Shown piece by piece: positions 47,402-56,891 of a stretch of DNA of 64,000 bases. The stretch lies in the NCBI GenBank assembly GCA_036350795.1, contig JAZBNV010000100.1, positions 4,447-68,446 of the forward strand, given 5' to 3'. The notes below the pieces were generated by a model. It saw only the letters and a list, made by a program, of their open reading frames with translations. It did no database searches and was not told where the DNA came from. Position numbers and translations under genes: made by a program. How positions within the stretch are numbered: position 1 is the first letter of the stretch; each line of letters starts with the position of its first letter. The stretch comes from Marinilabiliaceae bacterium (lineage in GTDB: Bacteria; Bacteroidota; Bacteroidia; Bacteroidales; VadinHA17).

Positions 47402-49033
47402 TTACCTGAGGTGCTTGAATTCCGACCCATCTTTCCACGCGGGCCATTTATCAGATGTAGCCAGGCGGTAACCCACTTCGAACATTAACTGTGCGTCTTC
47501 AACCAGTCCATCAAAATTCCAGGTTTCAGGCTCATAGTTGTCGGCGGCCTTATGGTAGCGATTTGCAATATAGTCTCTTTCCTGCCCGGCAGCCCATTCC
47601 CTGCCATGCTCCCTGGAGTCACAATTTCCCCTGGCAAACATAGCCGGGACTCCCACCGAAGCAAAGGGGAAATGATCTGACCTGAAATACATGCCTGTAT
47701 GCGGATTCGGGTCGGGTAAAAGGTAACGTCCCTGTCTTTCCGCTGCCTCAGCAAGCAGATCATCCAGGTCAGACTGGCCATAGCCGGTCACCATCACATC
47801 TTTCATCCTGCCAATGGGAAGGTCAAGGTCATTATTTATATTGGCTACTGTGTTTTCAATACTGAAAGCGGGATGATTTACATAGTAGTGAGATCCCAGT
47901 AAGCCCTGTTCTTCAGCAGTGGGAAAAAAGAGCATAAGCGATCTTCGGGGCTTTCTATTGAGTGATGAAAAAGCCTCTCCAATTTCCAGCAACATCGCCA
48001 TTGTAGTGCCGTTATCAACCGCACCGTTAAAGATTGAATCACCATTCTGTACCTCTCCGATTCCAAAATGATCCCAGTGACCTGAATATATTATTACTTC
48101 ATCTGGCATTTCTGTACCTTTCAGAACCCCTGCAACATTGATCGAGGTATTATACCTGATCCTGTTTTTAAAGCTGAAGCTTATATAGCTTTCCATTTCA
48201 AAACCTGTAAATCCAGGAAGGCAGGCAGAATTTCTCAGTTCTTCAACCTTATGCCCGCTTGCATTGAATATCTTTTCTGCTGCTTCCGATTCTATCCATC
48301 CCGTAAAAAGACATTTGTCGGAGTTGCCCCTGCCATCATCCATGTACAGGTTAGCTGAGACAGCGCTGTTAACCGGGATGCCATAGGGATATCCTGCGCC
48401 GGTGGTTTCATGTATTATAAGTATCCCTGCAGCTCCCCGGCGGGCAGCTTCATCGTATTTATATGTCCATCTTCCATAGTAGGTCATCTCCTTCCCTTTA
48501 AAGAAGCCGGGCTTCCCGGTGTAAAGTCCGGGATCATTTACAAGTACTACAACTGTTTTACCTTCTACATCGAGCCCTTTATAATCATCCCAGTCATACT
48601 CCGGTGCAGATATACCAAAGCCGGCAAAGACCATTTCAGATTTTTCAATCGATGCACTCTCAATTGCCCTCGGCGAACGAACAGCAATGCTGGCAGGTGA
48701 GTTGAATTTCATCGTTCCGCCAGGAGTATCTACTGTAATGTAATCATCTGTGCTTGTTTTGATTTCCACCATTTTTACCTCCTGGAAATAAGCTGAATCA
48801 AAGGCAGGTTCGAAGCCAATCTCGTCAAGTTTTTCTGCCAGGTAGTTAACAGTCAGCTTTTCACCTTCGGAAAAGGGAGCTCTTCCCTGTAAATCGTCAG
48901 ATGCAAGTTTATCTACATATGATGCAAGCTCTTCTCCTGTAATACTCTTGTATGCACTGTAAAAATCATTATTTCTGTCGCATGAAATTAATGCCGGCAC
49001 CAGCAGTGCCAGTAAGAGTAAGATTTTTCTCAT
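47402..49033 (-). CDS. M28-family aminopeptidase lipoprotein (with a PA-like insert)
   Basis: Lipobox ALISCD and M28 metal-ligand motifs (HWDHFG; DNGTTMAMLLEIG; EEQGLLGS). Confidence 0.85.
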   Translation of the reverse strand: MRKILLLLALLVPALISCDRNNDFYSAYKSITGEELASYVDKLASDDLQGRAPFSEGEKLTVNYLAEKLDEIGFEPAFDSAYFQEVKMVEIKTSTDDYITVDTPGGTMKFNSPASIAVRSPRAIESASIEKSEMVFAGFGISAPEYDWDDYKGLDVEGKTVVVLVNDPGLYTGKPGFFKGKEMTYYGRWTYKYDEAARRGAAGILIIHETTGAGYPYGIPVNSAVSANLYMDDGRGNSDKCLFTGWIESEAAEKIFNASGHKVEELRNSACLPGFTGFEMESYISFSFKNRIRYNTSINVAGVLKGTEMPDEVIIYSGHWDHFGIGEVQNGDSIFNGAVDNGTTMAMLLEIGEAFSSLNRKPRRSLMLFFPTAEEQGLLGSHYYVNHPAFSIENTVANINNDLDLPIGRMKDVMVTGYGQSDLDDLLAEAAERQGRYLLPDPNPHTGMYFRSDHFPFASVGVPAMFARGNCDSREHGREWAAGQERDYIANRYHKAADNYEPETWNFDGLVEDAQLMFEVGYRLATSDKWPAWKDGSEFKHLR

Positions 49034-49041
49034 AATGTCTT

Positions 49042-50265
49042 CTAATATTTAGTGACTATTGAAGTAATAATATTCCTTATGGTTTCAACCGCTTTTTCCA
49101 TGGATTGAATGGAGATATATTCATATTTGCCGTGGAAATTATGTCCGCCTGTAAAAATATTGGGACAGGGGAGGCCCATAAAAGAAAGCCTTGCCCCGTC
49201 AGTTCCTCCCCGTATTGGCTTAATAACAGGTACAACACCGGCATTCTTTATAGCTTCCCCGGCCAGGTCAATAATATGCATATAGGGCTCAATCTTTTCC
49301 CGCATATTATTATACTGGTCTTTAATCTCAACTGTAACGCTGCCTCTGCTGTCGAGCTTATCGATAAATTCTGCTATGCTTCTGACCAGGTCTTTCTTCT
49401 TCCCGAATTCTTCCCTGCTATGGTCTCTTATTAAATACCTTATTACCGTCTCTTCCACTGTACCATCTATATCAACAAGGTGGAAAAAGCCCTCGTATCC
49501 CTCCGTATGCTCAGGCCTCTGGTCGGCCGGGAGCATATCCATAAATTTGACTGCAAGGTGCATGGAGTTAAGCATCTGGTTTTTTGCAGTCCCCGGGTGA
49601 ACATTTCTGCCCCTGAATGTAATTGTAGCGAGGGCAGCATTGAAGTTTTCAAATTCGAGTTCCCCGGCCTGTCCTCCATCTATGGTATAGGCAAAATCAG
49701 CACCAAAGGCCTTTACATCAAAACGGTCGGCACCCCTTCCTATTTCTTCATCAGGCGTAAATCCGACTTTTATTGTACCGTGCTTAATACCAGGATTGTT
49801 AATAAAATATTCCAGGGCACACATTATCTCCGCTATTCCTGCCTTATCGTCTGCTCCGAGCAATGTCGTTCCATCAGTTGTTATCAGATCATGGCCTGTA
49901 TAGTCTAACAGTTGTGGAAAATCTTTGGGCGACAGTACTGTTGAATTATTCAGGGCAATATCACTGCCATCATAAGAACTCACTATGCGTGGTTTTACAT
50001 CACTGCCACTCATATCAGGGCTGGTATCCATATGCGCTATAAAACCTACGACCGGCAATTCTTTTTCAGTATTTGACGGCAGGCTTGCCCTTACATATCC
50101 GTTCTCATCAAGTATAACGTCCGACAGGCCAAGCTCCTTCAGCTCTTTCTCCAGTAGTCTTGCAAGGTCGAACTGCTTTTCAGTACTCGGGCAGGTATCC
50201 GAGCTTTCATCCGATTGTGTATCTATTTTTACATACCTCAGGAATCTTTCACTTACTCTTTCCAT
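49042..50265 (-). CDS. pepT: Peptidase T (tripeptide aminopeptidase, M20B)
   Basis: N-terminal ERFLRYVKIDTQSDE, then ...HMDT... and GADDKAGIAEIM. 407 aa with no signal peptide. Confidence 0.92.
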   Translation of the reverse strand: MERVSERFLRYVKIDTQSDESSDTCPSTEKQFDLARLLEKELKELGLSDVILDENGYVRASLPSNTEKELPVVGFIAHMDTSPDMSGSDVKPRIVSSYDGSDIALNNSTVLSPKDFPQLLDYTGHDLITTDGTTLLGADDKAGIAEIMCALEYFINNPGIKHGTIKVGFTPDEEIGRGADRFDVKAFGADFAYTIDGGQAGELEFENFNAALATITFRGRNVHPGTAKNQMLNSMHLAVKFMDMLPADQRPEHTEGYEGFFHLVDIDGTVEETVIRYLIRDHSREEFGKKKDLVRSIAEFIDKLDSRGSVTVEIKDQYNNMREKIEPYMHIIDLAGEAIKNAGVVPVIKPIRGGTDGARLSFMGLPCPNIFTGGHNFHGKYEYISIQSMEKAVETIRNIITSIVTKY

Positions 50266-50336
50266 AGTATCTTGTATTAAATCACCAGGTTGACACGGGA
50301 CCTCCGGCTATACACCACTCTTCTTAAAACTCCCAA

Positions 50337-52856
50337 CTATCTGAATGCCAGATTTCCAAGCAATACCCTGCCACTCTTCCAGAATGCCCTGTAATACGGA
50401 TCATCGGTAATATATACCACTTCACCTCTTCCAATCCTTTCTGATCCGATAACGAGGGTATTCCCGATATTCTCGATAAACTCTTTGCCTGCAAAGCCTG
50501 ATACAGGTTCATTATCAGTTATATAAGCAATATTATTTCCTGAAGAGAGGTAGGGGTAGCCCTGGTTTCTCTTTATTATAAACCATTCTGCACCCATGCC
50601 GTAGGTATATGGGTGAGTATTGTCGATCTTAACCCTGTAAATGCTGCTTGCAGACCTGCTCTTTAATCCTTCCCTTCTCTGGTTTTCGTACTTCTTTAGC
50701 AGGGAAGAGTCATCAGTTTTCTTTTTCTTATCTTCTGCTTCTTTTTCTTTCTTCTTCTTTTCAATTACACTGTAGAGATTTGTAGATTTCTCTCCTGCAA
50801 AAAGAGATACAGCTCTTTCAAAAGTAATCAGTCTGCCGCCTTCCTTAATGTATTCGCTTAACTTATTCTTTTCCGATGTGTAAGAACCTGACGGAAGGTA
50901 AATCACATCAAATTTTCCAAGGTCTGCAGAATTGATGGCAGTAGATTCAATAATTGTTACAGGATATTTCAATTCCTGTTCGAAAAAGTACCACAATTCT
51001 CCAAACGATCCTGTAGATGTACCCGATCCTCCAATAAGGGCAATCTTTGGAGCTTTTTTCAGACTGGCATAGTTTGAGCCCATATCTATTCCTTTATCAA
51101 CCAGGCCGGTAGTGGCTATGTTGGCAACTATGCCGAGGCTGTTGGCTGCTTCAATCACCATGCTGTCAAATTTATCCTTCAGATGCAGGTTGTCTCCCCT
51201 TGAAATAATAAGGCTGCCTCTTTTATACTCTTTGCTTCCAATAGTAAATGGTTTAAGTGCATACCTGATATTGAATTTCTTCCTGTACAGCTCGGCCATT
51301 AACTTTAATTCACCGAAGCCATTCCAGTCAATCAGATAGGCATAAACCTCTTTTCCGGGAACTTCAGCTTTTTTAAAACCAAAGTCAATATCACTCTTAC
51401 CCGGTTTTATTTTTTCTTTCAGGGCATAGGCCTTTATATTATAAAGGTAGGGGAGAGCCCATCCCGTAAGATCATAGCTGAGGGAGTCGGTGAATTTTGA
51501 ATCGGGTTCGAACAATACTTCAACCAGGTGTGATTGAGGCTGGAATGCGCTTACCAGGATATCACCTTCCTCTGCTTTTGTTTTACCCGTATTATTGGCC
51601 AGGTAGTCGAAACCTTCATATTCTTTACCTGTTTCGCTAATCTGCGAATATTTTATCTGGTTGTCGTCCAGCAGGGATAAGAGGCTTATTATGTCATCTG
51701 TATTATTACTCTTCTTAATAAGAATGGATTTGTACTCAAACTCAGGGTTTGTTTCTCCTGATCTGAAGAATTTCTTAAATTCACTTAATAATTTCTCCCT
51801 TACCTCGTAAGATGTTTTTATTGTGGCAAGAGAAGAGAGATAATGTCCTTCTATCCTCTTTTCAAGCGTTAGAGTATCACCTGTAGATGTTTCAACCGCT
51901 ATTCCTGCAGAACCTCCGCCTCCCTGCTCGTAGGTAAAACCCATGGCACCGTTAAAAAGTGGCCATGTATCGCCAAAACTGGGACAGAACAGGTCGAAAC
52001 TTTCCTTTGTAAAATACAGCCTGTATTTCTCGTCAAATAAGCCAGCGTTGTTTTGCCCGGTCAGTTTATGAAATTCGTGTTGCCATGGCGTTATTACCTT
52101 GTGCCATGGGTCAGCACCCGGAGCAAAGAAGAATGTTGATTCAGATCCCATCTCGTGGAAATCAGCATGTACCTGCGGCATATACTTCTTATACAGCTCA
52201 AGTCTCTGTCTTGTCTCAGCCTGTGTATGCCATGCCCAGTCCCTGTTAAGATCGAACAAATAATGATTAAGTCTTGCACTTGGCCATGGCTGGCTGTGCG
52301 ACCAGTCATCATCATCGTGGTTTACTTCTACTGGCTGCCTGTTTCTGTAACGATTTGTGTATAAGTCCCTTCCATCAGGGTTCTGACAGGGGTCAATAAC
52401 CACAATGCACTCTTTAAGCCATTCTTCACTATCTTTGTGTAAACCTGTAACTATGCTATGAAGTGTTTTCATTGAAGCTTCCATACCTACCGATTCGTTT
52501 CCATGAACGTTGTAGCTCAGCCACACAAATGGTTTATTATCCTCTCCGGGCGTCCCGTCCATAAGTCCAATCGTTTTAAGGTTGTTAGTCCTGATGGTTT
52601 CGAGCTTGTTTATATTTTCTTCCGAAGAAATAAAAACCACTAATAGCGGACGTCCTTCAATTGAATTGCCGTAATTAACTAATACTACCTTCGGACTTGA
52701 TTCTGCAACGTAGTTAAAGTAGTCTGCCATTCTGTGATGGTAGGTGAATTGGGATCCCAGTTTGTAGCCGAGAAATTCATCAGGACTTTTTATATCCTGT
52801 GCATAGGCTGAGAAGCAGAAAAGCCCCAGCAGCATTACAGTCAAAACTCTTTTCAT
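50337..52856 (-). CDS. M14-family zinc carboxypeptidase, secreted, with a long C-terminal extension
   Basis: Signal peptide, zinc motifs NVHGNESVG and VHADFHEMG, 839 aa. Confidence 0.85.
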   Translation of the reverse strand: MKRVLTVMLLGLFCFSAYAQDIKSPDEFLGYKLGSQFTYHHRMADYFNYVAESSPKVVLVNYGNSIEGRPLLVVFISSEENINKLETIRTNNLKTIGLMDGTPGEDNKPFVWLSYNVHGNESVGMEASMKTLHSIVTGLHKDSEEWLKECIVVIDPCQNPDGRDLYTNRYRNRQPVEVNHDDDDWSHSQPWPSARLNHYLFDLNRDWAWHTQAETRQRLELYKKYMPQVHADFHEMGSESTFFFAPGADPWHKVITPWQHEFHKLTGQNNAGLFDEKYRLYFTKESFDLFCPSFGDTWPLFNGAMGFTYEQGGGGSAGIAVETSTGDTLTLEKRIEGHYLSSLATIKTSYEVREKLLSEFKKFFRSGETNPEFEYKSILIKKSNNTDDIISLLSLLDDNQIKYSQISETGKEYEGFDYLANNTGKTKAEEGDILVSAFQPQSHLVEVLFEPDSKFTDSLSYDLTGWALPYLYNIKAYALKEKIKPGKSDIDFGFKKAEVPGKEVYAYLIDWNGFGELKLMAELYRKKFNIRYALKPFTIGSKEYKRGSLIISRGDNLHLKDKFDSMVIEAANSLGIVANIATTGLVDKGIDMGSNYASLKKAPKIALIGGSGTSTGSFGELWYFFEQELKYPVTIIESTAINSADLGKFDVIYLPSGSYTSEKNKLSEYIKEGGRLITFERAVSLFAGEKSTNLYSVIEKKKKEKEAEDKKKKTDDSSLLKKYENQRREGLKSRSASSIYRVKIDNTHPYTYGMGAEWFIIKRNQGYPYLSSGNNIAYITDNEPVSGFAGKEFIENIGNTLVIGSERIGRGEVVYITDDPYYRAFWKSGRVLLGNLAFR

Positions 52857-52993
52857 AGGTATTATTTTGGAAAAATTTTCCTAAAGATAAAGTATATTGA
52901 GGTATCTTATAAAGCACCGGAGGCGTTTTAATTTTTTTTAACTGTAAGTGCTTAAGTTAAATCACTAAATTGCAGGTGAATGAATTATGTATT

Positions 52994-55039
52994 ATGATGA
53001 AAAAACTTATTAAGCTTTCTATTTTTCTTGTTCTCCTGGCAGGATGCAGCGATATTAAAAAGGAAGATAACAGCATAGATCTGTCGGATGCAGCAGAAAA
53101 GAGCATAAATACACTCCGGGATAAATATCCGGCTGAAAACCACGACAGGATCAGCAGGGGAGTAAAGCACCTCTCGGAGTTATGGTTCAGCAGCGATGGC
53201 ACCGCAGGTGACTTCAGCTCGTTTTGTGAAAAGTATTTTATTCCTTCCGGGCCCGCACTTGAACAGGCTTTTAATACACTGGAGCTGCAGTTCGAATATA
53301 TCAGGGGCTATTCCAGGGAACTTGCCCTGCAGCTGGATCTGCCTCTTGTTACTCACTCCAGGCCTGTTACTGAGATTGACAGGTTAATATCAGCTTCCAA
53401 ACCAAGCTCAGATTATTATGCCAGCAAACTGGCTTTTTCCATAGCATTAAATTTTCCATATTACAGTTATAGGGAAAAGGAAGAATACGGACGGGAATGG
53501 ACCAGGGAACAGTGGGCTATGGTAAGGCTTGGGGACATGTTCAGGTCGAGAAATAATCCTTCATTCAAATCTGAATCCGTGCCACTGCCTGATGAGCTTG
53601 TGGATTATACAAACCTTTATATTCTTTCTATGGATCATATGCTTTCGCCCGCTATGGAAGTAATATTTCCCGAAGGTACACGGCTAAACTGCCATAACGG
53701 TCTGAGGGATGAGGTTAAGGGCCTTTATACAAGAAGTAATTCTTTGGAAAGGCAGGAGATGATAAGCCGGATAGTAATGCATATTATCTACCAGACCATA
53801 CCCCTGTGTATGATTGGAGAAAGCGAATTTTTCTGGGAGCCTGTAGCTAACAGGGTATTCAGGAAGGAAGGAAATGAGTATATTGAAATTGAAGCTGAAG
53901 CTGAGAGTGGCAGAAGATATCGGAATCTTCATTTCCGGATGAAGGAAGAGATGGCCCGGGACAATAGCCTGGCAGATGGTACAACCTACCTGAGCCGTAC
54001 TTTTGAAAGCCGTCAGTTAAGCGAGGAAAGGATTGTTGCCCTGCTTGAATCTGTTGTTTCCTCGCCAATGAAAAAGGAAGTTGCCGAAATACTAAAAGAC
54101 AGGTTAGGCCGTGATCTTAAACCCTTTGATATCTGGTACCCGGGTTTTCAGAGCCAGTCTGACTATGATATGGATAAACTGGATGCCTTGCTCAGGGAGA
54201 AATATCCTACTCCCTTAGCCTTCCAGGATGATATTCCAGATATACTCAGGAGAATAGGTTTTGATAATGAAACTGCAGATTTTCTTGGTTCGCACGTGGT
54301 AGTGGATCCGGTACCATCAGGTGGACATGCAAACGGAGCCCAGATGAAGGGCGCCTCTGCCCACCTCAGAACCAGGTTTGAACCCTATGGCCTTAATTAT
54401 AAAGGCTATCGTATCGGAATGCACGAGATTGGCCATACAATCGAACAGAACATATCTTTGTATAAGACTGATTATTATTTTCTTAAAGGAATACCCAGCA
54501 GTCCCTTTACCGAAGCAATGGCCGACCTTATTGCTTACAGGGATGTGTTAGGACTGGGACTCAGTTCTGAATATACAAAGAAAGACAGGGAGTTAAATGC
54601 TCTTGCTGCTTTCTGGTTTGTGTGCGAAATGGGCGCCGAGGCTCTTCACGAAATAAGGGTATGGCACTGGTTCTATGAAAACCCGGATGCAACAGCAGAG
54701 GAACTGGGAAGGGCTACCATCGACCTGGCCAACGAGGTGTGGAACGAATACTTCGCCGATATCTTCGGAATAAGTGATGTGCCTGTATTCTCAATCTATA
54801 ACCATTTTATTAATGGTGCCCTGTACTTACATTCTTATCCTCTGGGCAATATTGTTCTTATGCAGCTTGAAGAGTTTTTCGAAGGAAAGAATTTCGCGGA
54901 AGAAATGGTGCGGGTATGTGCAATAGGAAACCTGACACCCGATCAGTGGATGATTGAAGCAACAGGAGAGGCTTTCAGCTCTGAGCCCATGCTCAGAGCC
55001 GTTAGGAAAGCCATTGATAATTACGAGGCTAAGCAGTAG
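52994..55039 (+). CDS. Putative gluzincin-type zinc metallopeptidase lipoprotein (HEXXH)
   Basis: Lipobox LLAGCSD. A single HEIGH motif with a Glu about 30 aa downstream (FTEAMADL). Family not recognised. Confidence 0.55.
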   Translation: MMKKLIKLSIFLVLLAGCSDIKKEDNSIDLSDAAEKSINTLRDKYPAENHDRISRGVKHLSELWFSSDGTAGDFSSFCEKYFIPSGPALEQAFNTLELQFEYIRGYSRELALQLDLPLVTHSRPVTEIDRLISASKPSSDYYASKLAFSIALNFPYYSYREKEEYGREWTREQWAMVRLGDMFRSRNNPSFKSESVPLPDELVDYTNLYILSMDHMLSPAMEVIFPEGTRLNCHNGLRDEVKGLYTRSNSLERQEMISRIVMHIIYQTIPLCMIGESEFFWEPVANRVFRKEGNEYIEIEAEAESGRRYRNLHFRMKEEMARDNSLADGTTYLSRTFESRQLSEERIVALLESVVSSPMKKEVAEILKDRLGRDLKPFDIWYPGFQSQSDYDMDKLDALLREKYPTPLAFQDDIPDILRRIGFDNETADFLGSHVVVDPVPSGGHANGAQMKGASAHLRTRFEPYGLNYKGYRIGMHEIGHTIEQNISLYKTDYYFLKGIPSSPFTEAMADLIAYRDVLGLGLSSEYTKKDRELNALAAFWFVCEMGAEALHEIRVWHWFYENPDATAEELGRATIDLANEVWNEYFADIFGISDVPVFSIYNHFINGALYLHSYPLGNIVLMQLEEFFEGKNFAEEMVRVCAIGNLTPDQWMIEATGEAFSSEPMLRAVRKAIDNYEAKQ

Positions 55040-55056
55040 CCTGCTCCCGGGGAAGA

Positions 55057-56877
55057 TCAGAATAAGATAGCCCCTTTTCCTCCTACCACAGGCAGGGTAA
55101 GAGTTGTACCATCCAGGTCTACAGTAAGTTCTGTTCCCGGCTCGGGCCACAGGGTAAATTCCCTGTCGCTTCCGAATATCATAAGTCCGATTTGCTGACC
55201 CGCCTTAATTACCTGGTCGTCAGGCTGTAGTTCAAAACTCATTTCATAAAACTTACCGGGCTTAAGAGGCTCACTCCTGCTTATGGAACTGTGATTACGC
55301 AGATCAGCCCAGCCCCGGGTAATAATATTGTCCGTAATCATGGGTCTCCTTCCTTCAGTCCATGGTAATGATACCATCCATACCGATAGATTTACTGCAG
55401 TCTTATTGCTTGCCGCCCTGATTGTAATTGTAGCCGTGCCGGAGATGTGAATATCTTCCTTTAATACAGGAGTGAGATAGAGTAACCTGTGATTTGTGTT
55501 TTCTGCCTGCGCAAGTGTGGCACCGCTGAAAGATACATTGTCAACAAGTGTTTCTTTGCTACCTGACTTGCTGTTATTAAATGACAGGCCACCTGTTTCG
55601 GGAGCTCCCGGACTGAGATAAAAAGTGACATCCCTTGCATCGGGATTTGGGTAATCCTTGTAGGGTGTCGGGTTTGTGCGTTCGTCAGCTTCCCTTACTA
55701 TCCATGATTTTGCATCGTTCTCAACTCCGTTTTCAATTCCGAACAGATACCTGGTAAACCACCTGTTCATCATTTCCATTGGTGGCTGACCTCCATGACC
55801 ACCCTGGTGGTAGAAGATCTGAACCGGCAATCCTTTCTCTTTCGCAGCTTCAGCAATCCTGTAACTATGCTCCGGCATTACATTCCAGTCATTAAATCCA
55901 TGCGACATTAAAAGGGCAGCCCTGAAGGGCTCCATATCATTAAGGTAATCCCGTCCGGCCCAGAAATCATTGTAATCACCGGTGGTCCTGTCCTGGTTCA
56001 TGTTCATCTCCTTATCCCTGATATTGGTATTGCAGTATTCCCTGTTTTCGGGGAAACCACTGTGAATAAAGTTGTAGAGAACATCAACATCTTCGCCCAG
56101 GTAACCACCCGGGCTCCTTACAAGGCCGTTAGACCTGTAATAGTGGTAATAAGATGTATTCGGAGCAACCGGTATTATCGCCTCCAGACCTTCAACACCC
56201 GTTGTGGCAGCTGCCACGGGAATAGTTCCGTTATAAGAAGTTCCGGTCATTCCAACCTTACCGCTTGACCAGTATGCTTTAACTTCTTCCTTACCATCAA
56301 CACTTGTATAGCCCTTTGCTCTGCCGTTAAGCCAGTCTATAACTGCTTTCGGAGCCAGCGATTCATTATCTCCTCCAACGGTAGGGCAGCCCTGCGACAG
56401 ACCTGTTCCGGGGCTGCATGAATGCACAACGATAAAGCCCCTGGGTACCCAGTCGCTGGTGTGAGAACGGGAAATAAAACCCCTGCGTTCCTGGTGTTTT
56501 ATTTCGGGCGGATTAGTCCTTTGCGGCGGATCACTGTCCAGTTCCTGTCTTACATTCCAGAAATATTCACTTTTCAGCGATCCTGTTCCCATATAGTAGG
56601 GACTCGATTCATATATTACCGGAAGCTTCAGGCCCTCGGTCTCGGTTTGTTCCGGACGAAAAACATCCACATATACCCTGTCAGCCCTGCCATCACCATC
56701 CGAATCAAATTCTGTTTCTACCCAGAGATCCTGCACTATCCATTTATCAGGATCAGAAAATTCAGGTACTATCTGTGCCTGCCCGTCCTTAAAAACAGGC
56801 TTAACTTTTTCCTGTGCATTTGAGTAATTTAAGGCAAAAGCCGCAATTACAATTAATAGTAAAATCTTTTTATTCAT
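55057..56877 (-). CDS. Xaa-Pro dipeptidyl-peptidase (S15, CocE/NonD family)
   Basis: Signal peptide, nucleophile elbow MTGTSYNGT, and a C-terminal beta-sandwich region. Confidence 0.85.
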   Translation of the reverse strand: MNKKILLLIVIAAFALNYSNAQEKVKPVFKDGQAQIVPEFSDPDKWIVQDLWVETEFDSDGDGRADRVYVDVFRPEQTETEGLKLPVIYESSPYYMGTGSLKSEYFWNVRQELDSDPPQRTNPPEIKHQERRGFISRSHTSDWVPRGFIVVHSCSPGTGLSQGCPTVGGDNESLAPKAVIDWLNGRAKGYTSVDGKEEVKAYWSSGKVGMTGTSYNGTIPVAAATTGVEGLEAIIPVAPNTSYYHYYRSNGLVRSPGGYLGEDVDVLYNFIHSGFPENREYCNTNIRDKEMNMNQDRTTGDYNDFWAGRDYLNDMEPFRAALLMSHGFNDWNVMPEHSYRIAEAAKEKGLPVQIFYHQGGHGGQPPMEMMNRWFTRYLFGIENGVENDAKSWIVREADERTNPTPYKDYPNPDARDVTFYLSPGAPETGGLSFNNSKSGSKETLVDNVSFSGATLAQAENTNHRLLYLTPVLKEDIHISGTATITIRAASNKTAVNLSVWMVSLPWTEGRRPMITDNIITRGWADLRNHSSISRSEPLKPGKFYEMSFELQPDDQVIKAGQQIGLMIFGSDREFTLWPEPGTELTVDLDGTTLTLPVVGGKGAILF

Positions 56878-56891
56878 TGTAAAATATTTAA